The translations under genes were made by a program, and so were the position numbers. A stretch of DNA of 62,253 nucleotides, counting the filler, from Vannella sp. (lineage: Eukaryota), in the NCBI GenBank assembly GCA_023345925.1. It is 8 parts of 8 records of this genome, joined end to end, with 100 filler letters (N's around TTAATTAATTAA, not from the genome) between each part and the next. Parts side by side here need not be neighbours in the genome. Positions count along the whole stretch, not along the records: positions 21,010 to 25,089 come from JAJQQN010000239.1; positions 25,190 to 29,605 come from JAJQQN010000897.1; positions 29,706 to 35,468 come from JAJQQN010000873.1; 5 more parts are not named here. The stretch is one strand, 5' to 3'. The notes beneath the pieces are model-generated. The model made no database searches. It was not told where the DNA came from and saw nothing but the letters and a program-made list of their open reading frames with translations. Position 1 is the first letter of the stretch; each line of letters begins with the position of its first letter. Below are positions 22,870-35,568 of this stretch, piece by piece.

Positions 22870-24325
22870 TTAGTCGACAGTGAGCGAGCGATCCAACTTT
22901 GTGAATTGGGAGTAGAAAGCCTAGTTTGATGAGTGAGCAAATAGGAGAGCAAAAGAAGAGGCCTCACATTGAACAAGTCAAGGGAATGTTGAACATCCTG
23001 GGTACCGCAAGTCTCTCGAATACTGTGCATGGACCACTGTGGAGCGCCAATATCAGCCGTTCTGATTCCTCTGGAGGCCAAGATAGGCCCAATTGTGCTT
23101 CCACAGCGACTGTCGTTCTTCACAACGAATTCCTGGATGGGAATTTGGTTGCGGTTCGCCAGTTCTCTGATGAGGAAGCCTGTCCAAGCGGAAGTGGCAT
23201 AGCGCTGATTGTCGTTTGTCTTGATGACTGGTCCCTGATGAATCTTGGGGCCGTGTTCATTCTGATGGAAGCTTGCGTAGTTAGGATGAACAGCGTGAGC
23301 CATGTCAGCAGAGATAAGGAAGCTGCGACGGAAACTCTTCTCCAACAAATCGCTGAGATCTCCTTTGTGCAAGCAAGTCAAGATTCGGTGGAACACATGC
23401 TCCACGTAGTTGCTATCTGCACCATGGCAGGATGCAGAGCCGATCTCTTCATGATCGAACAAGGCAGCAACACGAATGTTGTTCTCTCCCTCCAAAGAAG
23501 CCTCCGTAGACTGGGCAATCAGAGCTTCAACCGCACAGAATGAGCTGAAGAGGTTGTCCAAACGAGGAGCGAAGACAAACTCATCAAAGGCACCGCCAAT
23601 GGTGCACTTCTGGAAGTCACTCAGACACATTTCAAAGTCCTTGATTTGCGAGACCTCGCACTTGGCCTCTACACTCATCAAGTGAAGGAGAGTCGAATGG
23701 TGCTGTCCCTCGGACTTTCCGTGAGCTTTCTCCCCTTCAGCAGCGCTGCAGAGGATGGGAATCAGCTCCTTCTCGAAGTTGGGCTTGAAAGTATCGCGAT
23801 CCTCACGGAAATGAATGCAGAGGTTCGGAATACGTAAGATAGGCTTGTCAATGAACACGAGCTCGTGGCGGAAGGCCTCTCCGTCTTGTACGATGACGCG
23901 TCCAGCAATTGCCAAGTCTCGGTCGAACCATGTGTGCCACAAGCCTCCTCCATAGGTCTGGACACCTACTTGCTGCATTCCAGATGCTTCTATCTTCGTA
24001 TTGGGGCGTAGCTAGGCGCATGCAACGTGAGAGAAGGAAGGAAAGGGGGAGAGGACCATACACGCAAGCACGGACTGTCCGTGTGAGCTCCAATGATATT
24101 GAAGCCATTACCCACTTCATAGGAAGGAGGGATGACGAAGGCGAAGAGAGAACTCTGGTTACGAGTGACAAAGTACTTTCCTCCCAACTGCACTTGCCCC
24201 GACCAAGACTCCGTCTCCTTCAAGCACTTGAATCCAGCTCCCTCCAGCATCCTCACCGACTCTTTCACTGCATGAAAAGGCGAAGGGGACGCATCAATGA
24301 ACTGCGCCAGTCGTCGAGCAGCCAT
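22870..24325 (-). CDS. DNPEP: Aspartyl aminopeptidase (M18 family), spliced
   Basis: SPSPFHAV, GAHTDSP, YGGGLWHTWFDRDL, RLDNL, FDHEEIGS, SADMAHAVHPNY, CGSTIGP and SMHSIRE. Confidence 0.95.
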
Positions 24326-24482
24326 CTCCACAAAGCCTCCAGCAAATGCGCTTACGTGGACTGTTGCCACGTGGCTGGTGTTCTCAAGACACCTTGTTTT
24401 TGTTCTTTTGTCATTACCTGGACTTTTTTCTCACAGAAAGCCCGTTTCCACTCTCTATCCGATTGTGGAGAATCTTCTGATC

Positions 24483-24504
24483 TTAGGGTTTAGGGTTTAG
24501 GGTT
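24483..24504. repeat. Interstitial telomere-type repeat (TTTAGGG)~3, telo-box-like; a shorter copy is at 20793-20807
   Basis: ttagggtttagggtttagggtt, about 160 nt upstream of the DNPEP start. Confidence 0.7.
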
Positions 24505-24591
24505 CGGGAAGATCGCTTGGGCTAGGCAGGTCTTTGCGGACCGATTGAGAGCAAGTTGCGTTACAAGGTAAGTGAGAAGGTTCTTGATCGA

Positions 24592-25089
24592 TCAAGAGAG
24601 AGCCTGGATGTTGATGCTGGGTGTGGATGGGAGGGAAGGGTCTAATTGGGGTTCATTTGGGCAGGAGAGACGCTCGAGGCTATGAGAACCAGTAATGCAG
24701 TTCAAAAGGAGAAGACATAAGTAGAGGCAGAGGGAGAGGAAGAGAAACAGAGTGTGCATGACCGAGTAATCGTCCTGGGAGAGGTAAAGAGAAGACCAAA
24801 CGATCGCCCCGCATATTGTGAAGAAGCCATTGCAAAGCATGTATGTTTTGTGGGAAGTGGTTTGCTCTAGAAGTCGAGGGAGGACCAGAACACCAAAGAC
24901 CAAGGGGATCAGCTCCACCACAGCCGTACAGAAGAGGGAAAGGAAGCCGCAAACAGCCCCTAGCACATGAAAGTAGCGCGCAAAATCCCTTTCAGTCATC
25001 ATCGCCGTCTCTAAAGGCGCACCGCCCCATCCCAGACTATCCAACCAACGCTGCATTCCCTCTTCCCACACAAATGCATTTCCCCTTCC
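24592..25089 (-). CDS. Multi-pass membrane protein fragment, probably 5'-truncated
   Basis: 159-aa ORF with about 4 hydrophobic segments, running into the linker. Confidence 0.5.
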   Translation of the reverse strand, partial: GRGNAFVWEEGMQRWLDSLGWGGAPLETAMMTERDFARYFHVLGAVCGFLSLFCTAVVELIPLVFGVLVLPRLLEQTTSHKTYMLCNGFFTICGAIVWSSLYLSQDDYSVMHTLFLFLSLCLYLCLLLLNCITGSHSLERLSCPNEPQLDPSLPSTPSINIQALS

Positions 25090-25471
25090 NNNNNNNNNNN
25101 NNNNNNNNNNNNNNNNNNNNNNNNNNNNNNNNNTTAATTAATTAANNNNNNNNNNNNNNNNNNNNNNNNNNNNNNNNNNNNNNNNNNNNGTGATGCGTTC
25201 CTCCATCCTCTGCAGCTCTGCTTCATGTTCTGCTTCCATTTCTCGAGTCTTGAGCTCTCCTTCTTCCTGCAAGTCTAAAGAGTTACTTCGAGAGAGTTCT
25301 GAATGGGTCCGTTATCTATTGTTTGAATAGGTCGAATTCAAAGTACTGTTCGACCATGGAGTGGTTTACTGGGCCGTGAACTCTTTCAAGGCCCACACTT
25401 GCTATTCTGATGGCCTTTATTGATGGCAGTAAGATACAACTGATTATGATACAATGACGAGTAAGAAGGGG

Positions 25472-27113
25472 TCACTTGCATTCGTCCAGGGCGATGATCA
25501 AGTCAGTGGCAGCGCGCTGCATTCGGAAGATAAGGAGGAAACGAATCTCCTCGTCCACTGCTCGCAGCGCCTGTTTCATGCTATCAAAGTCTCCTGATAG
25601 CATCAACTCAAAGAGTCGTCCCAAGTCCAAGCCATGAGCAATGGCCAGTGACCGTGTGGACCTCGGGTCAAAGAATAACCGAGTAGAACTCTGAGGGAGA
25701 GTTGGCATCAAAGGGAACTCCTCAGCAACTTGTGTTTGATAGCTATACTCTTCTAGCTCTTGCGACAGTCGAAAGAGCGCGCTTCCGTCTGACTCTGAGC
25801 CCGAAGATTGCCCGTCTTTTCGCATGTCGACCTTCTTCAGCTTCCTGGTCTTTCGTCGACGCACGTCTCGCAGGGCTGGGAGGCTGTTATTGTCTAGATC
25901 AGTGGCAGGTACATCTCCTAGTTGATCACTTGACTCCATCAGAGAGCGAGTGAAGGCAGAGTCTGGTGAGCCGAGAGGCATTCTCTCCTCCCCTCCACTT
26001 TCGTCGTCCTCTAGCAAGGGGCTTCCTCCTTTCCAGTCGTCAATGCTACTTTGAATGTCGCTAAAGTTGTCAAAGCACACTACCATCTCCGTCTCGCCTT
26101 CCTCCATCAAAGCAGTGGCAAGGCTGATGGCATTCTGCTTCAGCTCTTGTGCAAAGGAGTCCAGGTGCTTCTCCACCTCTGGTGTGAACTCGACGTTCTG
26201 TCGGATCTTCTCATCAAGCTCCTCGCGGCTCCCTTTGAAGATGGCGTCGTGGTGCTTCACGATGAGCTCGACAAGACGACACCGGACCCTTCCATTCTTC
26301 ATAAAGTCCTCTAGCGAGTCCTTAGGATCCCTAGAGCGTAATGAGGATCGTCCATTGTGCATATGCAAGTCTTAGTGAACCTACCTGAACATGGAAGGGT
26401 TCATAACCAACGCGATGTTCTTCGCGCTCATTTTTGTTTGCGTCTCGAAGGCTGCTACGGTCTTAAACATGGCTGTGACACGACAAAGCACCACTTTGTT
26501 GCCTGTTGGCATCACATCTAGCACCTGCCGTACGCCCCAGACACACAAATAGAGGTCCTCCACGGCTGAGTTGGTTCTCTTAGTTCAATGAAAGGGAAGG
26601 AGATCGAGCAAGGGTTTCACGTACACACAGCAGACATCAGAGCGGGGTAGAGTTCGTACGTCATAATGGGGTTACTTAGCTCCGTAAAGAAGAGCTTTAG
26701 AACGCCTGCCACTGTATTGGGGTTCAGCTCTTTGCTAAGGTCGACTTTCCGTCCTATTTGGTGTACCCCGAGAGGAAGAGTAAGTCTCTATCACAAGGAG
26801 AAGGCTTGGCTTCGCACCCTTCTCGTATTTGTCTTTGATGTGTCGGATGTCCTCTTGTGATCCAGAGATGCGGAAGAGGCCTTCGTGCAGCAATGCTAGT
26901 GGGGGTAAGTTGTCTAGCTACAACGCACAAGAAAGAGCTGGGTTTGGCTGGAGGAGGAGGCTCACCATGCTGTTCGATATATTCGCAGGTTTGCTCTACG
27001 ATGGGAGGGATCACCGACGAGTGCCTAAAGAACCCACAGTTCTTCCTTGTCGACTTCTTCTTCACAGGCAACCTGGGATGCGACTTCTTCGAAGGCTCTC
27101 GGCAGAGACTCAT
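25472..27113 (-). CDS. RhoGAP domain protein (spliced; start uncertain)
   Basis: IPPIVEQTCEYIEQH, EGLFRISG, TVAGVLKLFFTEL..P and TKMSAKNIALVMNPSMFR. Confidence 0.85.
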
Positions 27114-27401
27114 CTCCGACTCCGGCGGCAAAGTGGGTGGCAAGAATTACTTCAATACCGGACCCATTTATTAACCTCAGTCATTCCAATGTGTTTCGTA
27201 ATTTTCCCTCACTTTTGGGTGTGTTTAACGGCGCTTCTCAAATTCCTTGCCTCTTCTACGAAGATCGCCGATCGTCCCCGATGATCGGCGATTCTGATTT
27301 CCCTTTAAGTAAGATGGACATGAGGTGGTGAAAAGGTTTGCAATTTCAAGTGATTGAACAATGAATTGATTAAGTGAGCAATTTGATCATTTCCCTTGTC
27401 G

Positions 27402-28251
27402 ATGAGCCACGGGCACTCGCACGGGGCGCACAACTGCTCTCATGAACATGAGCCAGAATCCGATCCAACGGATGGTTGGTCTCTGTACCAGTGAGTGTTT
27501 GCGGGTGTGAGGGGATCCGCGGGAAAGCTGACTTTCTGCCTGTGGGAAGATTCATCCACACAGAGGGTCTTATTTGCCTCAATGAGAGCCAAGCTGGGTC
27601 CGCTCACCGTGTTTTCAAGACACACGAACTTCGTCGCGATACTTCAACGGTTAGAAACCTTCGATGCTACTCTTGCAGGGCTCTGACAAGAAACGGATCA
27701 GTATCTTGAGAGCAATGACGACGAACAGCTGATTCTGCAGATCCCTTTCACAGGAGTTGTCAAGGTTACTAACATCTGCATCGTGGGTGGCTCTGATGGC
27801 ACGAGTCCCTCCAAACTCCGTGTAAGTGCGAGCATTCTTCTTCGTACAGCTATCCTGGATCACTCATGGCCCTCTAGGTATGGAAGAACAGAGAAGATAT
27901 CGACTTTACCAACGCTGATGATACAGAAAGCCTCCAAGACTTCGATCTGGTCGAGGACCCTCGCGGTGAAGTTTACTACACGACCAAGTGAGCTCCCTCC
28001 TCTCCCCTGCCACCTCACTTCGATGCTAAAAGGTGAAAAGGATCACGAGGTTCCAGAACGTGACAACATTGACGCTCTACATTCCCAGTAACTTTGGGGA
28101 GGACATCACCCGCATCTATTACATCGGTTTGAAGGGCGAGCACTTCCCCCTGAAGCGCGAAGCTGTTGATGTTGTTTACGAGTCTCAAGCACAACTCTCT
28201 GACCACAAAACAGAAGCCGATAGCGCTCCTCTGTCCCGTCACATCAATTAA
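27402..28251 (+). CDS. PITHD1: PITH domain-containing protein 1 (spliced)
   Basis: MSHGHSHG..WSLYQ, CLNES, LESNDDEQLILQIPFTG, FQNVTTLTLYIPSNFG..TRIYYIGLKG. Confidence 0.88.
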
Positions 28252-28383
28252 CCCTCTCTCCCTTCCTCTCCCTCCCTCTCCTTCTCTCTCCCTGACCCAG
28301 GCCAGAGGTAGTAGCTCCACTGTGGTGTAAGGCAAGGGAAGGTCGTGTTTGGGGTCATTTGTGGGTGGCCAAGAGAAGGGGAC

Positions 28384-29605
28384 ATGCCCGAGAAGAAGGC
28401 GCTGATTGTGGGGATCAACTATACTGGCCAGCCGGGCACGTTGAAAGGGTGCATTAACGATGCGTGGAACGTAGCGCACTTCTTGGAGAACAATTACGGC
28501 TACCAACCGAGCAGCATGCGCGTCCTTACCGACAACCCTGACGCCCCTCGTGGTGGGTTGCCTCAATGGCTTCCTCAGCACCCCGTTGCTGGTGAGAGTA
28601 ATGCAGCAGATGAGGAAGACGACGAAGAGGACGAGGAGGATGAGCCTGCGGATGAGAAGAAGGGGAAGAAGGACAAGAAGGAGAAGAAGGACAAAAAGGA
28701 GAAGAAGCCCAAGAAGGAGAAGGAGCCCAAGGAGAAGAAGGACAAGAAGGAGAAAGAGCCTAAGGAAAAGAAGGAGAAAGAGCCTAAGGACAAGAAGGAC
28801 AAGAAGGACAAGAAGGGCACGAAGGAGAAGGGAGGTACCCGAGACATTGACCTCAGTGCCTTGTCCGCAGCTGTTAAGGCAGTGGCCGATGACTCTGAAC
28901 TCAGTCCTGACGAGGCCGAGATCCGACGCAAGGTGAGACCTCACTGACTACGACAGAGCTTCCCGTTCTCACACAAAGTGTGGAAAGTTCGAAGAGGGGA
29001 CCCGCGACATCGGCTCTCCTTACACGATTGGCCGCGCTGTGAAGCAGGAGATCCTCGATGGAATGGAGTGGCTAGTAGCTGGTGCACAGTCCGGTGATCG
29101 CCTGTTCTTCCACTACTCTGGCCATGGAACCCAAGTGAAGGATCAGGACGGGGACGGTACGTCGCCATCGAGCACAGAGAGACCGTAAAAGCTTAATCTA
29201 ATGGGAAGCTGACATAGAGGAGGATGGAATGGACGAGGCCATCTGCCCAGCGGACTTCAGAGTGAAGGGATTGATCACGGACGACGTGATGCATGCCATC
29301 TTGGTGAAAAGGCTTCCAGAAGGCGTCCACTTGACCGTCCTCATGGACTGCTGCCACAGTGGAACTGCTTTGGACTTGCCGTTCATCTACCAGGCCAAGT
29401 CCAACTCCAAGTCTGACATGACAATGGGAGCGAAGAAGCCGAAGAAGGAGAAGAAAGGGAAGAAGGACAAGAAGGACAAGAAGGAAGACAAGAAGGAGAA
29501 GGGTGTCAGCCAAGGGACAATCGTAATGTTCAGTGGGTGTGCGGATGACCAATGCAGTGCCGATGTGACTTTGGACGGAAGTGCCACTGGCGCCGTCTCC
29601 TTTTC
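28384..29605 (+). CDS. Metacaspase with Lys/Glu/Asp-rich insertions, 3'-truncated
   Basis: KKALIVGINY..LKGCINDA, FHYSGHG (catalytic His), DCCHSG (catalytic Cys) and FSGCADDQCSAD. Confidence 0.92.
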
Positions 29606-29705
29606 NNNNNNNNNNNNNNNNNNNNNNNNNNNNNNNNNNNNNNNNNNNNTTAATTAATTAANNNNNNNNNNNNNNNNNNNNNNNNNNNNNNNNNNNNNNN
29701 NNNNN

Positions 29706-32700
29706 AGCACGTTCTATTGATGAGGAATGGTGCATTCAAGGAACTTGCAAGATCAGTCGCATTCGAGAACTGAGAACACGGGCCCACGCTGGGCTTTGCC
29801 ACGGCGTTGTAGATCCTCTTTTGCTGTCATCACTGGATGCCAAGAGGTTTTGCCGCGCATTGCTGTCTGCCCAGCATGCTCGTTCGCTGGCAGGAGATTC
29901 AAGTACGAAAGATAAGCTCTACTTTCGACTCCGGGTGATTGCGGCAACAATCCAATTGAGGCAAAGGTGGGAGTTTCCTACACCGCAGGAAGTTGAGCAC
30001 ATTGTTTCGCCAGTAGATTCCAACCTCCGTATTAAGAAGATAAGCTGGGCATCTGTAAGGGCCCCGGTCTTGGTTGGGACAACTTGCACAGGAGAAACCA
30101 TCAGTGTGGACCTCCGTGATGGCAGCCTCCTCATTGATAAGCTTCCCCCTAGCACTTTGAGTAACTCGATTCGACATCACAAACTCTTCATCCGAACTCT
30201 CGGTGGTTGGGACTCTGAGGTTACCAGAGGGCAAGATCGTCTCTTCAAGACCTGCCATGGGCCGGAGCTTCGGTTTGGGCTTCATGGAAGCTCTCTCATT
30301 GTCCGTCAAGGCGCTTTCCAACTGCTGAATAGTGAGAGTTGCATTGTTGGAGAGCGCTGGCCTTCGCTCTTGAAAAAACACAGTCACTGGCTTTTCACAG
30401 CTTCGGAGGAGATGTTCATCCTCTTCAGGCCTCGGCTGGTGTTGCGGGCAATGAAACAAATCGACGCTATTTTTGACATGCAAAGCGAACAGCTTTTTGA
30501 GGTGCCTGGCGGCATCTTGGATGACTTGGAATCGATTCTCAAAGACCTGAGAGAAGGCAAGTTATGGAGGCTGGTGGATGAAGATTTGACTGTTGGCCTT
30601 CTTGAACGTTTGGAAACGCGTGAAAATGTGTTCTGCTGGCAGTCGCCTTCTAATGAAAAAGAGTGGCGCCTTCCCAGGCTGAGTTTGCGCTTATACTTGG
30701 AACCATCTGGCCAAAAGCTTCGCCTGCGAGACTTTCCAAAGTCAGACTTTGTGGTGCTGGATCATGATTATGACAGCTCAAACTTTCTTCCCAAGGTTCA
30801 GAGCTATCTTGTTCTCCAAGATGAGCTGAAAGATACTCAGCGAATCTTGGCAGTCATGGAGCCATTCACTCCAATTGACCCGAAAGCCCCTCACATGACT
30901 TCGATAATTCAGATTGCTGGAACTCAGAAGGAGACGATTCGCTGGGGGTTGCTGACGGTTCACCCTCGTTTCTCTGGTTTTGTGTTGCAAACACCATCTT
31001 CTGTCGGATCCCTCTTTGCTGCCAGTCTTCTGGTGGCTGGAGCTTCACACGGGGCATTCAATTGGGGTGAGGAGCGGGCGTGTGCACTTATTGAAGATGC
31101 TTTCAAGGGAAGCTCTTGCCCTAATTCGAACGAGCTAGAAATGATCACTCTGGCTTTCCAAGCTGCACATCCACACTGGCCAGGAGTTGTTGCAGTGCTC
31201 GAACGCTGTTTTACGCGCGCTTCGTTTGGTTCCTTACTCGATGGAAATCTTTCCCTCTACAAGCAATACCGTACCGCTTATTGCCGGACAGCGTTGCTCA
31301 AAAAGTATCACCAACCAAGCTACAAGCCACTCGAATCCCATCAGAAGGTGCCCTCTTCCTCCAAAGTCCTCGCTCAAATCCGTATTTTCGAGGACCAAAT
31401 GCTCTCTCAGTTCTGCCTGGAGCGCGCTCGGTCTGACCCAGGAAGTTTCCCGCTCCGGGACCTTCCAAGAGGAAAGGACTCCTTCCGCCATTTGGTAGAG
31501 GAGCTGGAAAGGTCTTGGGATTGCTTTCGCTCTCTACCTGATGAACAAGGAGAGCTCATACCTAATTGTCGAGAACCACTTGAATTGGCTACGCGCAAGG
31601 GATTAGCCAAGTTTGGCGACCATCGCGCCTTTACTGAAGGAAAACTGTCTGAGCTCCTTCGGCTTCCTGAGAATGAACCAGTGCCATTGCGCCTCCTTCA
31701 GCTTGTGGCATCAGGTCCAATGAGCGAGTTTGGTCTCCGTGTTTGCAAGAAGGTGCCAATGATGCCAAAAGAAATCTTGGGCAGTTTGCTCGACTCTATC
31801 TGTTGCTGGATGGAGCTTTGCGTGCTGTGTGATCGACTACAGCGGATCCTACTCCTCGTGAAGTTAGATGATGACGTTGCACTGCTACGGGAGTTGCACT
31901 GCATCCGCTCGAAAACATTTAGTGCCCGCTCGCAACCGCAATGGGCTGCCTTTGAGGTTTGGAATCAGTTGAGCGTCTGGCCTATCCAAGCAGAGCTGGC
32001 GCTGTTCCTCAGCAGCGAACCTGCATACTCCAGTAATAACTTTGTTCAACTGAATATGGGATCTGGGAAGACGCGGGTGATCCTACCCCTTGTGCTACTG
32101 AACTACTTGGAACAAGGACTAGTTCCACGTGTCTTCTTCCTTAATAATCTCATCCAAGAGGGTGTGGAAGTTCTGCGCAGTTGCCTGAGCGCTTCCCCTT
32201 TTCGAGTGGGCATTTTCCCCTTGAAGTTCTCCCGCGAAACAAAGTTAGGCCCTTCTGATCCTCAAGAGATACGGGCAAGTATTAAACGCTTCTCAAAGCG
32301 ATCGGTTCTGGTAACCACGCCCGAGTGGTGCCAGTCCATGCTTCTTCGTCACGACTTGAGCGAATTACAGAACCTCCAATACTTACTGCAGCTCCCAACA
32401 GTGGACATCTTTGATGAAATTGATGCGGAGCTGCACCCAAAGAAACAGCTCCTTTACACAGATGGCGCACATAGCCTTATTAAGGCCCATCGCGTCCGTT
32501 TTCAGGGAATCACTCACATGCTGCGATTGCTCCTCTGCACAGAAGGCCTTCCAACAGACGGATGGACTCGCCGGGATCAGTCCCGGAACATTTTCGTTCT
32601 TCTGCCCACACCAAGTATGGAAGAGGGATGGAAAAGGCTCCGTCATGACCTCCTTCATGCGTTCATCCAAAATCCACCCCCGGCTGCTCTGGCATTCTCT

Positions 32701-34869
32701 CGGAAGGTGTCCAGTATGTTCGAAAACTTGGATCGAGTCTGCTTTGAGATCACATTGGACCCTATTGTGGAGCTTTCCACCTTATCAAAGAGCGATTTAG
32801 AGTGGGTCTACCTCCTTCGCGGCCTTCTTGGTTTCGATTTATTAGGTACCTCTCTTAGGGCACACCCACGGGTTGATTTTGGTCGACCTACTGGTGGTGT
32901 AGATGACAGGGGGCGACAGATGGCGATTGCCTATCTTGCTTCTAACCGGCCAAAAGATCGCAGTGAGTTTGCCCAGCCGGAGATCTCACTCATTCGTACC
33001 TGCTTGGCCTTCTTTGAAGATGGTCTATCCAAAAAGGAGTTGAAAACTGTCCTGTTCAGACTTACAGAGTTTTCAGGCGAGCAGCAGAAGGTCTTGTGGC
33101 GCGACTGGTGCAGTGTGGCTCAGGAAGGTCGGCTCTTTGTTGATAAGCCGTCACAGATAGACTTCACAAACGAAGCGCAGTTTGATGGAATCTGGGAGTC
33201 CTTGCGGCGGAATGTTGGATTCCTCTCGTGGCACTTGAGTGACTTTGTTTTCCCCCGGGACATGATTGTTTATGACTTCCAACAGGCGTGCGGATCTTGG
33301 GATCTGGCATACCGCCAAAAAGACCTCAATGGAAGCTACCTCTCACACTCTGTTGGATTCTCGGGTACAAATGACTCGGCTCGTGTGCTACCTTTGTGCT
33401 TCCAACAGCAGACAAAGCTTTGCCGTGCATTGGAAGCAACGAATGGACAAATGTTGCATTGCGTTCTCCATCACACAGATAGCGTTCTTCGCTGTCAAAA
33501 CGCTCTGGATGTTCTGGACAGCGTTGTTAGTCATGAGAAGGTCACCGTCCTGATTGACGCTGCAGGAATGCTGGCCGCAATCTCTTTGAAAACCCTCGCA
33601 GAAGAAGCTCTGAGAAGAGCGGAAGATCGATTCCGCTTTGTTGTTTTCTTCTCTGATGAAGAAGGAGCGTTTGTTTTCATCGATGCCAATGGAGTCTTGG
33701 GAAAGCTTGTCTCGGCTCCTTTCCGGACATCTCCAATCCCTTCGTTTGTACTGTGTATCTTGGATCAAGCTCGATGCCGAGGATCTGACCTTCGATTAGA
33801 GCAGAAAGCAGTGGGTATCATCACTGTGGCAATGAACGTGAAAAAGGATGATTTCATGCAAGCAGTGGGTCGCCTCCGCCGCGTCACTGAGCGCGACGGA
33901 CAGCGCATCATTCTTGCAGTCTCTCTTGAGATTCCAATAGACCAAGGCGCTGAAGGTGTTCTGAACGCTGTTATCGCAAACTCTGCGAGGGACTTTGACT
34001 CGAGCTTTGAGTTGTGGCTCGACCAAGGAGCCAGGCGCCTTTCTGTGATTTCTACGACGGAGAAGCGCAACGACAGATTAAGTCATCTCTACGGACCTCC
34101 GCAAGACACTTCGGTGACACTTGCGCGGTTTGAGAAGTATTGGCGGACTCAAGCTCCCAACGCTAAGGGTGATGAATCGATTCGCGAAAAGCTGTTGGAA
34201 ATAGCTCATCGTTCGGACTCCATCTCGCGTGGTTTACTCAATCTAGAAGGAGAAACCGTGCTGGAAGCACAACATGAGTTAGAGGTGCAAAAGCAAACGG
34301 AGGTGCAGGCCCAGATGGTGCAGCCGGTCTCCTCAAAGAGTGGCCCAGCAGATGATTATTTGAAGGGAATCGCCACTGCGCTTCTGAATCTGAAGCCCAT
34401 CGCTGAATTCGTTCGTCAGCTTGTTGGATTTGACGCTCTGGGAACGGTTCCCAACGTTTTTGTCACGGCTGACTTTCAGAGAGCTACCACTCACCCAAAC
34501 AGTGCACTTCATACGAGAGCTGTTACTGCGGTGATTTATGATCGTTCTAATGGCCATGTGGTCATCCTCAGTGAGCCTGAGGCTGAAAAAGCGTATCTGG
34601 CAGTTCCTCTGGCTCATTGCTCCCGGCAACTGCTTATTTTGCCACTCTCTTCTGACTTTGACCGAGACTGGGGTTGGGACCCCGCACACTGCCTCGAGGA
34701 GGTTGCTATTCGTGTACTCGCAGGACAAGTCACGTTGCCTGATAGTCTCCAATCCGCTCTGCGTTTGGTCTTTCCATCGAAGAAGCATGCTCGAGCCATC
34801 GCCCTTTCCATTTGCAGCCGCCATGAAAGCTGGGCCGACTCTTCCTTGGACAAAATGCTCGACGAATAA
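29706..34869 (+). CDS. Giant DUF3638/DUF3645-type SF2-helicase-like P-loop protein, probably 5'-truncated, intronless
   Basis: QLNMGSGKTRVILP, IFDEID, MAIAY..NRPKDRSEFAQPE, GFSGTND, RGSDL and FMQAVGRLR. Confidence 0.8.
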
Positions 34870-35393
34870 ACACGCCAACTTCAATCACGAGGAAAGAACG
34901 ACTTAAAAAAGTGACTGTCAACTACCAAAGGCGCTTTCGGAAAGATTGGTCATGATGAGCCTCTTATTCGTCATTATGACCAGATGCCATCTCATCAGGG
35001 ACAAGACCGATGGCTCAGAACCTTCAGTCTTTCACCATGCCCTTCCGGTTGAAGCCCACGCCGAATCCTCCCCAAGGTCGAACAGTTTTGCAAAAAATGC
35101 TTTAAAGCGAAGGAATGCCATAACTTTGGACTTTCTCCTCCCAACTGTCCCAACCCACCCATCTCCTCAAGTTTTGCTCCCGTATGAGGAATAATGGTCC
35201 TTTCTGTTAACAACTTGCCGCACCTTGGGGCCCCTTTCTAAATGGCTCCTCATGTGAACCAGATGTGAAATGTCTGCTCCACTTCTGACACTCTTGAAGC
35301 CGGACAGGTCCTTGCAGCCAACAAGTAAAAAAATGAAATCAGTCCAAAAGCTTATCCTGAAGAGATGGAGGTCATCAGGGCAAGCTTCGCAAT

Positions 35394-35468
35394 GAGAAAG
35401 TTCACGGCCCAGATCAACCACGTCCCCTGGCCATGGTTGAAAAGTATCTCTAAATTCAATCGGGACCT
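35394..35468 (+). repeat. Dispersed repeat, copy 2 (contig end)
   Basis: Matches 16334-16392 with an extra 16 nt between cacg microhomologies. Confidence 0.85.
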
Positions 35469-35568
35469 NNNNNNNNNNNNNNNNNNNNNNNNNNNNNNNN
35501 NNNNNNNNNNNNTTAATTAATTAANNNNNNNNNNNNNNNNNNNNNNNNNNNNNNNNNNNNNNNNNNNN

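Noticed and set aside
25190..25280. Minus-strand coiled-coil-like fragment at a contig edge
   Set aside because: Too short and truncated to call
27264..27292. 10-bp inverted repeat (atcgccgatc/gatcggcgat) between the divergent RhoGAP and PITHD1 genes
   Set aside because: A single short hairpin could arise by chance; no U-tract or second copy
28015..28944. 309-aa Leu-rich ORF on the minus strand
   Set aside because: Antisense shadow of the Lys/Glu repeat in the metacaspase
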